A stretch of 63,695 nucleotides of DNA, filler included, from Choristocarpus tenellus KU-1152 (Eukaryota; Protista; Phaeophyceae): the NCBI GenBank assembly GCA_964200185.2. It is 13 parts of 13 records of this genome, joined end to end, with 100 filler letters (N's around TTAATTAATTAA, not from the genome) between each part and the next. Parts side by side here need not be neighbours in the genome. Positions count along the whole stretch, not along the records: positions 8,219 to 11,957 come from CAXNAD020018209.1; positions 12,058 to 19,765 come from CAXNAD020005713.1; positions 19,866 to 30,613 come from CAXNAD020002738.1; 10 more parts are not named here. One strand, 5' to 3'. Shown here piece after piece: positions 9,524-22,113 of this stretch. Under the pieces are notes generated by a model. It saw only the letters and a list, made by a program, of their open reading frames with translations, did not search any database and was not told where the DNA came from. The position numbers were made by a program, and so were the translations under genes. Position 1 is the first letter of the stretch. The number at the start of each line of letters is the position of its first letter.

Positions 9524-11892
9524 ATGTCCAACATTCACTCAACAACGACCCCCCTGCCCGCCGATGGCGCTGCCCAGAGATCGAAAGCGTCATACAGCAA
9601 TGCCAAGGGCATGTCCAAGTTCCTCGAACACCACTTCCTCGGCACGTACAAGATGAAACTCGGCAACATCACATGCACGGAGATGGTGCTTCCCCTGAGC
9701 GAGTGTGGCCTTGCACGCGTCAGCAAGTCCATCCGTGAAAAAGGCTGGCTCGAGCAGTTTGCTCCGTCCGTCGTCATCCAACAAGACTGCTTAGGCAACG
9801 GGGACCAGCTCACCGCCAATACTGCGCTTGCCGTTCAAGGACAAACACTGGACGGAAACCATAGAATAACGGTGTTGAAGAGAGAGTTTGATCCCGAACG
9901 CGCTTTCATGATGCGGGTCTACATGGAGTTCAACCAAGCAGAAGAGAGGCTAATTGCCAACGGTGGGTGATGGAGTGTTGTTGTTGTTCCATGATCCCCT
10001 GACTCTTCTGATCAACTAAGCAACTAAGTAAGTTGAGTGTTGTCATTGTTCCATTATCACCTGATGACTCTTCTGATCTACCAAGTTGTTGCCGTGTTTC
10101 CTTTGTTTGGTTCATCGTCAGTCAGCCCGTTGTTGATCTTTTCGTTGTTGATCTTTTTTATCCCTCGTGGGATTTCTGTCGGCAGCAACATGTTGCTCAC
10201 TACTGCCTGCCGCGTGTGTCCCGCGACCCCTTCCCACCTACCCCTTGCCCCGTTCACCCACTGCACCGCCACGCTTATAGCATTCAACGACCCGACCGAG
10301 AGTGTGGTTGAGCGCACACTGTATGATGAGGTATATTTTCAGTACGAGCTCAAAGAAGCTATCAAGCGACAGGCTAAGAAGAAAGAAGTGTCACTAGCAG
10401 AGATCCACAAAATGTACAAAAAGGTGAGGGAGTTGTCAACATTGGTGGGATGGTGACGCTCTACTCCTCCTCTTGTTGGGTTACAGCTGTTGTGAAGATC
10501 TCTCTGTGTCCTCCTATTCAACCTAAGTTAAGATTGTTATCCCGCGTTTAGCAACCCCGTCAACCAAATGCTTGATTTTCGGGTGACCATGTAGTATATG
10601 TGTGTGCAAAATCACAGACAAAGTGAACAGTTTTTTCTTTCTGCACTAGGTAGGCCAGGCCGCTGAGTATCATACCCCCTCCCCTTCCCCCCCTCCCCCG
10701 GGTAAGGTCCACTCCTTACCCGGACCGTTGCGGTGTTGCCTGAATAAATAAACACACGATGCGTCATTTTGTGAACCAAACCCTCTCCTTCGTGGGCAAC
10801 CACATGCTGTGTCTGTGTGTATACATACGAACAATAAAAAGTGTTCTTGTTTGTTTTATCGTTAGGCCAGGCCGCAGAATAACACCCCCCCCACACTCAT
10901 ACATACCCCGTTGGCATTGTAATCACGATACCTCATCCTGGCTGGCTGGGTGCATCATATTTTTCATTTTCTGCCCATCGCAAAGGTGGGCGTTACTCCC
11001 CCACCGAAAACAACTCTACGAAACTAGCAGCAAGGCGTAATGTCCCTTCAACCAGAGTCCTTCGAGGTACTGAAGGAAGTGTGTGAGACCTCGTCACCAC
11101 AGGTCGACCGCAGCGGTCACACTGAGCTATCTGAGTCGTGAGGAGTTTGCCGGCTTCACTTATCTCAAGCAGGGGCTATGCATCCATCTGCTTGCGAGGC
11201 AAGTCAAACCGCCAACGTGTTTTATCGTGTTGACAGCAGTAAGCGACATGTGTGCCGGTCGCAGCACCTTGTACAGGAACGTTCACTAAGTGTCTCCTAC
11301 GATGAAGACAGGAGTGAAAGTATCTTAAAGGGTACGAGTTTTGCCCTGTTTGTCCATTTGGGGTTTGGCTTCACTCGTTTTTTTTAATGACATTTTCCTT
11401 CTCCAAAATATTTTTGAGTAGATAAAATGTATACGTTATGAAAAGGTGTGTCCGCAACAAGGATAGTGGCACTTCCTAACAAACAGGATAGCCAAAATTA
11501 CTTCAAAATCGCAACATTGGATTTTGACCCCCAAATGGACGCGGCTCTACCCTCTAAGATACTTTGGCTCCCGTAGTCGGGCATTTTTGTATTGAATGAC
11601 GAACCGTTTGTAGTACTGATCACCGTTCAACGTGCTCCCAGGTCTTACGGTGGTGCATTCTCGTGGGTTCGAAGTGTGGGATTCGGACTCGGACTTGACG
11701 CCAATCGCCACTAGAAAGCGCAAGTGTCCCTCTTCCTGCACGGGTGGAAAGGGGAAAGTTCGCAAGGTGTGGAGGGGCACCGGTGATTCTGCGCCGGAAG
11801 ACGAGCCGGAGTATGTCACCGACCTGGAGGAGGACGAGGAGGAAGAAGAGGAGGATGAAGAGGAGGATGAAGGGGATGACGAAGAGGAGTAA
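9524..11892 (+). pseudogene. Intron-containing ParB/Srx-domain + HTH protein gene, decayed (exons 9524-9962, 10281-10423, 10986-about 11892; interrupted by a MITE at 11312-11570)
   Basis: 'GLARVSKSIREKGWLEQFAPSVV...TLDGNHRITVLK...RLIANAFND...TLYDEV' is ParB N-domain-like, followed by HTH-like 'VSLAEIHKMYKKVGVTPPPKTTLRN*QQGVMSLQPESFEVLKE', a basic RKRK patch and an acidic tail. GT-AG introns keep the frame. Stop at 11025-11027, probable frameshift near 11100, more stops at 11590-11620. Confidence 0.75.
11312..11570 (-). mobile_element. MITE family B, complete, inserted in the ParB-like gene
   Basis: GAGTGAAAGTATCTTAAAGGGTA ... TACCCTCTAAGATACTTTGGCTC; flanks CAG/CCG. Confidence 0.88.
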
Positions 11893-12057
11893 GAAGAGGA
11901 TTGGGACGGGGGGCGGGGAGGAGGGGGGGGGGAGTGGCGGGGGGGCGCACACGTTGGNNNNNNNNNNNNNNNNNNNNNNNNNNNNNNNNNNNNNNNNNNN
12001 NTTAATTAATTAANNNNNNNNNNNNNNNNNNNNNNNNNNNNNNNNNNNNNNNNNNNN

Positions 12058-12234
12058 TGGAGTGGGTCGGCGGGAGGAGTCTACACCAGGCTGTCCATTC
12101 AGGCCCTGACCAGGAAAAGTGCACTTACATCATCCTCTGACGTATGCAATCCAAATCGCACAAAAATCGTGACATGGAAAAATGGACCCCAAATGGACAG
12201 TTGCCACCCCCCCTCCCCACAGATAGTTTGAGCA
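12058..12234 (+). mobile_element. MITE family A (contig edge)
   Basis: Homologous to the other A copies; ends CCACAGATAGTTTGAGCA. Confidence 0.85.
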
Positions 12235-13514
12235 ATGTATTGTTGCATGTATATACAAACATCATACAAGCAAGTATTTCCTCTTTCTCTCTCTCTTTAC
12301 AGTGTACTCTGCTGGTGATGCGTTGATAATCGCCCTTTATAGTATTAGTGAGTTTAATGGGTCTCAAGATTCATCATCAAAGTTTCTGAGATCATACATT
12401 TTGGAAGTAAAGTTGCATCCGATTTCTTGATGTTCAAAACCTTTGTTTTATATCAAGATAAGCACAGGCAAAAAAAAAACTTGTTTAACTGTTGTGACTG
12501 TTTAGTATTTCCCCTCACTTGAACCGATATTTGTGTGTAGTCCTGTTGAAAAGACGTCCTGATGTGTCCCCACCAATCAATGGCCAGACCTGCTTGATAC
12601 CGCCATCCAAGGTGATAGAGGCATGTCAAGTTTTGGTTGATTTCATTGGATAATGTGGTGTGTTCAACATCAAGTCCAATGAAAATGTAGAGGTGTTACA
12701 TATCGTTGGGTAGAAAAGAAGCAACAAAAGAAGGTGACCCAATGAACACATCAATGTAGCCTGCATTACATACAGAAAGAGGCCCTTCATGACAAACAAG
12801 TGTTCAAACAGTAACCTTACACTTGAATAAAGAAACGCACGCCTTAATGTATATTATGAACTATCTGGTTGTGTGTGTGTGTGTGTGTGTATCAAACTCT
12901 TTTGTCCCCCACTATCAATACTGCACCGAAGGCTAGTTTTGAGTTTGATGCTCACTCACTTGTCTCCACAGTAATCTTTTTGGTATCTCACTCACTTTGT
13001 CTTTGGAGAAAGCTCTTCGAAGTGAGTATTGCTGTTCAAACATGTGTTGGGGGCAAACATACACATAGAGGTTACACCTTACCCTCATCAGTCAGTGTTG
13101 CCAACCTGTCAGGAATTCTACTTTGTCCTTTCCCCCCCCTCCCCAAGAGAGAACTAAAACCCAAACCCAAACCTCCCTTGTGCTATTACACGTGAAAATA
13201 TTCAATATAGCAGTTTTAATTGTCCCTTGTTTGACTACCTAATACACAGTGTGACCAACCATGGGTGGCGTTTTTATATTTTTTGTTTTGTTTGTGTGTA
13301 CGTAAAAGGAACCTCTCCTGGACGACTCCACCACCCCCCAACGTCAACCACCTTATGAAGATGGTGATACCCAGCTCTCTGAGAGACATAACAGCAATCC
13401 TGTAGGAGCAGCACAGAAGGAGGTAGGGGGCGATTGTTTGTCACCAATGATGATGACTGGAAGGGGGTCGCATCTGCATGGGGCAGGTCAGTTCAAGTAC
13501 ATAAATGGTTTATT

Positions 13515-13547
<33 letters not shown>

Positions 13548-16500
13548 GATGAGAGAATGAGAGAGATATTTAAAGGTTAAGGGCTGTGAGGTGCTTTATG
13601 TTATATTGCATGACTGTCACTTTCTATTGGCTTGATATGGTGTAAGTGTCATTTCATTGGTGGGAATTTTAATTGCACCCCCTCGGCCTTGCTTTGAAGG
13701 TGGTGATGAAGTACCACAAAATGGCCGGAAGAGGGGTGACCAGGGGCATGGACATGGACATGGACATGGACATGCTTCTATTCATGCACGGGGGATAGAA
13801 GGAGCTGGGCCATACTGCCCTAGGTCCGGGAGGGTAGGGGCAGGATTGGATCGTTTCTCTGATGCTCAGGTGGGGTCGCATCCTGTTTTCATGTGGGGTT
13901 ATTTTTTTCAAGGGGGGTGGCTTACACTTGAGGCTGTGCAGGATAGTTCTTGTAAAAGATAGCTCACTTAATCCATTGGAGAGGGAGGGCCTTCTGCTAG
14001 ATGGATGCCCTGTGCTCATTCCGGCTCCATCCTCTAGGGAAAAGATTTAGGTAGAATTTGTTGGTAATGCCAGGAATTACTACGCTGTTGAATACTTGCA
14101 AGTGGGTTTGAGGTTAGTCTGGAGGTGGGAGTTGACAACCTCTTCGAAGTTTGGAGTAGTCTTTTGTGATTTTTGCAAAGAGTGGCTTTCCTTATACCAT
14201 TTCGATATTCTTATGTGCACCTCCTGTGTAACAATTATGTGGCGAATCTTTGTTATTTTTTTAATGCTGGCAAAAGACAACTTCTGTGTTGTCTTTTAAC
14301 TTCTGCAGAAGTTATGTATCAATTGAGGAGGGCGTAAGCTTGTAAGGCATTTTCCCACGGGTGTATTGGCAGGCGTTTTAGGCTGTGTTGCGGGGTGTAC
14401 AAGCATGACCTGACAGTCAGTGCCGTTGTGCAAATTTGATAGAAGTGTCACCATAGAGCACAAGAGTCACGAGGCTCACTTGAGCGTCAAATGTACAAAA
14501 AAAAATGTTCTCACTGGCTCTTTTCTCACCCATCAACAAAGGTACTACTACTCTTGCCACTAGTGTTGGTTGTATGTCCTGTAGATGGTGCATGTTGAAG
14601 GGAGAACCTCTTTCTACTAGTGTGTGTTGGAGCATGGTCAGACCTAGGCACTCCACTGTCCCCTGTTCTTGACTGCCGTGGTTGTATTGGGTTGTTCTTT
14701 GTTTACTTTTGACACAGGTTGCCTGGTGCCGAGAGGCTGCAGGGGACATGTTACGAGATTTGGGGTTTGACCCAGTTTCCCAGGTGCGAAATACTTCTTT
14801 TTTTTCAAAGGGATTTTCACTGGGCCAGCAACTTTAAAAAGGTCTCGTCTGTGTCAACTAGGTATTAAACTGGTCCATGTCCATGTCCAGACCGATCCCA
14901 CGGGGTTTTTTGCATGTCCCAGTCCATGTCCACTGGCTTGCCAGTCTAGTAGAAAATTTGAAATGTAGAATACAATATTCAAGAGTGGTGAGATATAATA
15001 TAGGACATATGGCCATGACGTGGCCGACTCAAGCATTACAAGAAAAAGTACCTTACTGGCCATAGATAAAATGTTCTAACATCACCGAGTTGATGACCGT
15101 CACTTAGCCAATATGACCAGGGCTGCCAACGGCCATGTATATGAACCAAGTTCAAACATGACAGTGGACATGCTAATTGCCTGGCCCAATGAAAAGTCCT
15201 GGTTTTTTCCTTTGTCTTTCTTACCAACTCTGCCACTCCTTGATCATCGAAGTCAATTTCTGAGTAATACTTGGGGATAAATACCCTACTGCTCTGTATG
15301 GCCTCTTATTTTTACCCTTTTTTTTTTAAGCACTCTCCGGTGTTTATTAGAGTTAGGGTTAGGGTTTTGTGCAAACAGCAATACAGATCGCAGCCTTCCC
15401 CTGGTTTTTCATTTCTTAAAATAGCAGGAGCATTTTTTGTTTTGAAAGATAACTTTTCAAGGCCTAGGTACTTCTTGTCTAGAAATATCTTTTTTTTCCT
15501 TCCATACATCTAATTTAATGATATTTGTAGGTTTGTCGGTTTGGGGGAGTTCAAGGGAAAAGGCATGCATCTACTGGGAGGTGTTCTAATAGTAGCGTAA
15601 TATTTGTGTGTGTTTAGTACCTAGAGTAGGACTGGCTCTATAAACTACTAAGGGTGTGGGTCTTGTTTGTCCATAAGAGTTGATTAGCGCATCCATTACA
15701 GAGGCTATCTGCTGCAGGGCACCATCGTCATTGCCAAAGATGGTATAGGTACAGAAGTCTGAGGTCTCACTTCATCTCTGGGAGTGCCTGGAACAGATTT
15801 GTACATATTTAGGTAGCTTTCCTGTCACCCCTCAGTGAAATAGCCTCTCTCTCTCTCTCTCTCTCTCTTCCACCTTTTTTGTTGTTTTGTCTCTCCCCAA
15901 GACATATATGATCAAACCCAAAAGCTCTACACTCTGTACCAATGTTGAGTGCAGTACTTTTGACCCCACAGCAACAACAACAACAATAATCACCTTGCTT
16001 CCATCTCCACACCTGCCCTGAACGCATACAACATGTAGGGCTTCCCAGGGGAGGGGGGGGAGGGCATGATGCCCTTGGCGAATCAGTTCTTACAACAGAA
16101 CAAACCTGGTGCACCTTGTGTTGTAGTAAACAAGGGGCGCAGCATCCGGAGTGAGGGGGACGGCTTTGGACGAGGGATGACTGCATTCCGAAGGACCCAT
16201 ACCAATAATGACACAATCCCCCTAGCTCTTCGGGGGGAGGAGATCAATCGGTGAAAGGAAATGGTGCCTGCCCAGAGTGAAAGCGAAACCTTCGGGAGGG
16301 CGGCCGAGGTCAAGAGATCTCTGCAAGGAAATGTGTGTGTGTGTTGTGGTTGCGATTGGAGATGAGAGAGGGCTTCAAGAGTATACGGTAGGTACGTCGT
16401 GCAACTGGGCAAGATAGATTGTGTCTACAGTACAGTGGTGGTTACAACCTCTAGATGCGTGGATAGATCTATCTAGTTTTAAAACCGTGTAATTTAATCG

Positions 16501-18779
16501 TCGCAGTACCGAGTTTTTACTGGTATGGTGTTGCAGTTGTAAAGATTTTTCAAGCGATAGATGTCCTGCTAAACGTGGCTCAAAGCATCGCGTTTTTTGT
16601 GTGTGTGTTTGTGTGTGTGTTTTTTCTTGTATAGAGGAGCTTCACTGGTTGCAAGAGAGAGGCCTTAGATTGGACAGGGCTTAGTGTCGTGGCTATCAGT
16701 TTCTTGATGTTCCTGGGACTGGGCGAAATATCCTTAGATACACTATTTTTGTCACATCGTGTGTAAGTACAAGTACATGTACTCTCCTTCACTGTGATTT
16801 GTTTTGAATGCTAGGCATCATGGACCGGATCCTTGTCTCATATCAAATCATACGGGGGTACACCCTTCCTTGGATGACAATAATCCGTCGTGAAGAATTA
16901 ATTAAAGTTTTGGGAAAATAGTCTCTTCTGTGTAATGATCGAAACTCACAGTTGTACATTATCCTTGTGGTAAGGCGTGGTTTCTAGCAAAACGGTGGGG
17001 TTGGGGTGGGAATCACTGGCACATGAACCACACCATCAGTGTTGGGTCAACATGTTACAACAGAGCAATACTCCTTTTACATGTAGGAGTTACTTTTTCA
17101 TATCGCCCTCCTTTCCTTCTTTCTCCCTCTCTCTCTCTTGCCATTACCACTGTTGTCAATTTATTATGAAGGCAATACGATTTCCGTTTTCTTGAACTGA
17201 CCTAGGAGGTTAGGTTAGGGTAGCCCAGATCAGATAGCCTGCCCTGTGTCTTTAGTTCACTATTTGATATTATATAGTACGAATCAATTTTGGGAAATTC
17301 ATCAACTGGGAAATGAGCTGAAGCAATCAGGTGGTGATGTCTAAAGTACACATTGTGTTAGCTGTTGATGTATGCAGGGTAATAAAGCTCACCCCGTGTG
17401 AAGTGACCAAGGCCTCACAAGCAAAGACCTGTTGTGGAGTAGTGATTGGTCTACCTGAAACAGGGGAACAAGCACCAGAAGTAGGTCGTGGCCTTCACTG
17501 TGGACAATGTGATGGCTGGTCAACAAAGACATGATAGCGTCAAGATTGATGGCGTTTATTTTTGTTGATGGTTGGAGGTTTTCACTGGAGGAGGAGAATT
17601 CAAGTTTGGGGATGACAAGTTGAAAGCAAATTTGGAGGATCAGAGAGATCAAGATTCTGCCGAGAAGGTGGTAACAGAGAGGAGGTTTGGCTCTGGAGAA
17701 ATTGGTTTGGGTGTCAGGTAAATAGATAATAAGAACATTGAAGATGCAGGTCGATTTGTTCTCATCCAAGGGATTAAGAAGAAGGGCCTAGCTACCCTGG
17801 AGGTACAAACATGCCGGGTCGTTAACGTGGACCTAAGAACCGCTGACGAGTGGTGTGCAAACTTTGTGTAATTGCAGTGGCCTTCAATAGGGTTAGGGTT
17901 AGGGTTAACTTTGGAGTCTTATCAGCAAGTTCAACTTGCTTTTCTCAGATGACAAGATGGAGCTCATTAAGCTCATCATGGTAGAGCCTACGAACACACG
18001 CATGAAGCAAGGTAGACCTTGAGCGTGTGTATCAGTGATATCCAGTGTATGTTGGGTGCTCTGTTAGCCATGACACTGATCGAAAGTGTGTACGGGGAAT
18101 ATTGTCGGGTTCTTGGGTATACAAGGAAAGGTGTATCAGGAGCACACAGATGGGTACTACTAACGTGGGGCAATACATCACTTTATGACCAATTCAGGGC
18201 CGTCCTCTCAGTATTCTAGTTGACTTACTAGTGGACACTGGGACACGAAGGGCGGGAATGGAGCTATGGAGAGTCAAGAAAGGTGGGTAAAGGTGGAATC
18301 CTTCCATCATGTGTAGAATTGTAATCACTACAATATGCTTCGTCCATCCTGGGGGATAGCTTTTGGGAATCAGTATTGGCATGGAGGCGATCAGATGGCA
18401 ATATGAGGGGATTATGCTACAAAGATTGTGAGGAAGCTTGAGGGAGTGAGAGCAGAGATGAAAAGTAGCTTGCAGGCGGAAATAATCTCTATTTATGGAC
18501 TTGATGAAGCTGGTGGAGGTTAAAGCTTCAGAGCCTCCTAAACCCTTACACAGTCAACTCCAGACCGGTCCTGCACTTGTTCTCCATCTCCTTCAACACT
18601 TTCAAGAGCTGCTCTACAGTGTCAATAGAGATTCTGCATTTATTTGGTTCTGTACAGTCCACAGTTGTGCGTAGGGTGAAGTGCAGCATGTACTTTACAG
18701 GTTAGTGAAAACTGTACACAAGCACTTCACATAAGAGTATCTACTAACCAATGTGCTGAACCAAGGATGTGGTGACAGT

Positions 18780-19034
18780 GAGTCAAAGCATTTAAGAGGG
18801 TAAGGCCACATCCATTCAGGGTCATGCATCCAATGTTGCGATTTTGATTCATTTTGGCTATCGTGTTTGTTAGGAAGTGTCAATATCCTTGCTCCAGACA
18901 CACCTTCATAGCTGTATACATTTTAGGTAACTGTTCACACAGAAAACCGAAAAAGGGCAAAAAAAAAACCGTGAAAGTCAAGCCCCGAATAGACACACAG
19001 GGCAAAACTCCTACCCTCTTAAATGATTTGGGTC
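18780..19034 (+). mobile_element. MITE family B, complete
   Basis: GAGTCAAAGCATTTAAGAGGGTA ... TACCCTCTTAAATGATTTGGGTC; AGT duplicated on the flanks. Confidence 0.88.
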
Positions 19035-19681
19035 AGTATTGCTCTGAAGGTTTAAGTGCAGACCAAGGCAATGGGGATGAGGAATGATGTGGTGATGCCC
19101 GTCTTTTCTCATCTATGGGATGGTGCAGTGAAGGGGAGACACAAGCTCTTGTTGAGCATTTTTGGGATTACAAGTACAGGGAAACCCATAAGAAGCACCA
19201 CCTCAGGTGCAGAGAGGATGGTTTGGAACATACTACAAAGAGGTGAAGCATCATCCAAGCGTAGTGAACATCCCATTTTGTAATACTGTTCAATTGATAT
19301 CCACAATCATCACAAGCTGTCCTCTCTTGCTCTAGAGGACACTGGCAGACGATGTGCTGTTGACATAGGGTATTTATTACAATACTGGTTATTGCTGAGA
19401 CAGATACCTACCTTGTTCGGGACCAGTGGGGGAGAGAGAAACTAATATACCGCCAGTTCACTGATCATGCTGCTCGCGTGGGAAGAAGACTGGAGCAGCA
19501 GCATGTCCAGTTATAGTCCTGTCCCTAAACCCAGTGATAATGATGTTTTGTTCGTCAGTGACCTTCCCCAGTACTAGGGTGTGTCTGCAGCTAAGTGTGG
19601 GAACTATTGAGGTGGAGAAAGGAGTGGTGCCATGCTGTATTGCTCTGTGTGGGGGGAAAGAGCTGCCTTTTACTGTATACA

Positions 19682-19765
19682 GGCTCAAAATATCTGTGGG
19701 GGGGGGGGGGGTCTATATCAGGGTAGCCATTCGGGCCCTGACCAGGAGAAGTGCACTTACGCTAC
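19682..19765 (+). mobile_element. MITE family A (partial, contig edge)
   Basis: GGCTCAAAATATCTGTGGGGG...GTCTATATCAGGG...AGTGCACTTAC. Confidence 0.8.
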
Positions 19766-19865
19766 NNNNNNNNNNNNNNNNNNNNNNNNNNNNNNNNNNN
19801 NNNNNNNNNTTAATTAATTAANNNNNNNNNNNNNNNNNNNNNNNNNNNNNNNNNNNNNNNNNNNN

Positions 19866-20103
19866 GTAGGGCCGCGTCCATTTGGGGGCCAAAATCCAAT
19901 GCTGCAATTTCGATGTATTTTCGGTTATTGTGTTTGTTAGGAAGTGTCAATACCCTTGTTCCGAACACACCTTTTCATAACGTATACATCTTACCTACTC
20001 TGAAACATTTCGGAGTAGGAAAATGTCATAAAAAAAACATGGGAAGCCAAGCCCCAGATGGACAAAAAGGGCAAAACTCGTACCCTCTAAGATAGTTTCA
20101 CTC
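19866..20103 (+). mobile_element. MITE family B (partial, contig edge)
   Basis: Ends GGGCAAAACTCGTACCCTCTAAGATAGTTTCACTC. Confidence 0.85.
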
Positions 20104-21079
20104 ATCGAAAGTACATCTGCTATGAAACACATGATGTCTTCCTCGTTGTTTGAGTAAGGCGACTCAAATACATTTTACAAAGAAGTTTCTGATTCATCAC
20201 CTTGGTGCATCATACTTCAAAGTATGAAACTATCTCTCCCTCTGGCAAAGGAGCATTTTGATGTGTATTTTGTTGTATATAGAAGGATTTTTTCAGTCTC
20301 CCATTACCTTGAGCATTTTTTTTTATTGAGGTTTGGGCATGGTGATGTGTATTCATGACTGCTAAGCAGTGCTAATCTGAAGGATATTGAACAAGAGTTG
20401 CCTTTGCCCTTGCAGATAGTCTTTGCATGATCCTGTTGTATGGACCTGCATTGCACCCCCATATGCTTATCCAGGGAACTCCAATATTTGGAACCTAATG
20501 TTAGGGGTCATCCTATACCAAAATTGAAGCACTCCCTTCTCATTCTTGATTCACTATTGCTATGATCACACCTTAAATAGGGAGGGGGACTCAAGTGCCC
20601 TCTAAATGATCAGTTCAAGAATTTACCGAAATGCTTATGGAGGAAAAAAGAAACTGATGATGAATACTTTGAAAGTAGGAAAAGGAATTCTTACTCTGAG
20701 GGTTATGGTTAGGAGATATGAGCAAATTGGCACAAGAAGAGTGCTCTGTAGCTGACAATAAAGAGAAAGGTCATCATGCTCATGTGTGTCAAATGCTTGG
20801 TTGGCCGGTCATTAGAGGCAAAAGGTGAAAGGTTAACCATTCGCATCTGCCTGACCTGCTATGCCCTTCCTACCTTAATACTTCAGCGGCTTTGCAGTAA
20901 AATCCATGATGCTGGGATTTCAACAGGCAAGCACAACAATCATCAGCTTGGCTAATATTGATCAAGTAAGTGCTGCAGGAACATAGTGAAGATTGGATGC
21001 CCAGCTCCAGCTTCAAACAACCAATTACCTCTTGACAATCACTTTTGTGCACTTCCTCCATTCATCTTGTCAACAAATA

Positions 21080-22113
21080 CGCTACATGAAGATCATGGAA
21101 GCTTGTGACAGATTCGATCCTCAGCTGATAACTCCAAGAGGTGTGAGGGTCTGGGACATGTATGGAAACAATCAATATGCAGGCATTTCCTTCCATCCCC
21201 TAGAGGTCATATTCTTCAAGACAAACCGCAAGGTAGGTTATGGGCAGTGATGGCGTACAAATAGGGACGAGGCTCCTGTGGAGTTTGGCCAATGTTCACG
21301 GATTTTGTGTGCAGTGAGAGTGGTGGCAGTTTGAACAGTTTGTTCTGCTGTAAGAGGAGGCGTTTTCAGTGTGCATCAGTAGCAGCAGTGCCATTTAAAA
21401 GCGTCGTTTCTTGGTCAAGAAGGGTTCTTTTGATTGAAAAGAGGCACACTTTCTGAGACATTGAAAAGACGCCATGATATATGCAGTTTAGACTTAGAAC
21501 AATATATCTCTCCACTCCTTGCAATACTATGAACAAGCATGTGTTTTTCCACAGAGGAACCACTGCAGCCTTTTTTTTCTATGTTGTGAAGTTCATAGTC
21601 ATAGTAGGCCCTAGTGGTATGCTGAAATGTTGTGGGTCAAAGTATCAGGAGGGGGTGGCGGCTGTCCATTTGGGGCCAATTTTTTTATGTTGCGATTTTT
21701 GTGTGATTTGATTCCATACGTTGGATGGATAATGTAAGTGCACGTTTCCTGATTACAGTCCAAATGGACACCCTGGTGCAGACCCCCCCCCCAGACACTT
21801 TGGGTCATTTGCAGATTGCATGTTCTATGTACAAGAGCATGAAATTGATATTTAGAGAGATTTTTTTCCAAAATGATTGGAGAACCAGCCCTCCGAGAAG
21901 AAACAGATTGACAGAGAACCCACCATTTATTTTCCCCAGAACATAGAAAGGCATACATAAAAAACTTCTACTCCAAAATACATTTGGCATAGAACAGAAA
22001 CAATATGTGTGGCAATCTTTCTTCTCAACTACTTGGTAATGATGGTACAGGTTGGCTCATTGGGGCTTACCTTGACTGATGAGTATGTGACATTCATGTC
22101 CACCTATTGGTAA
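21080..22113 (+). CDS. Last exons of an uncharacterised protein (about 21080-21232 and 22051-22113); 5' boundary unresolved, may be a pseudogene
   Basis: ...RYMKIMEACDRF...WDMYGNNQYAGISFHPLEVIFFKTNRK|VGSLGLTLTDEYVTFMSTYW*; donor AAG|GTAGGT and acceptor ACAG| are in phase. Confidence 0.55.
21634..21806 (-). mobile_element. MITE family A, complete, intronic
   Basis: GGGTCAAAGTATCAGG ... CCAGACACTTTGGGTC. Confidence 0.88.

Noticed and set aside
12490-16270. Scattered exon-like segments (about 12500-12760, 13310-13400, 15620-15790, 16010-16270, minus strand)
   Set aside because: Plausible splice sites, but in-frame stops and no identifiable family; could not build a supported model.
21634-21806. 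5-bp TSD (GGGTC) or recombinase coupling-sequence model for the MITEs
   Set aside because: Other copies show duplications outside the pentamer, and the empty-site comparison at 45686 places the pentamer inside the element.
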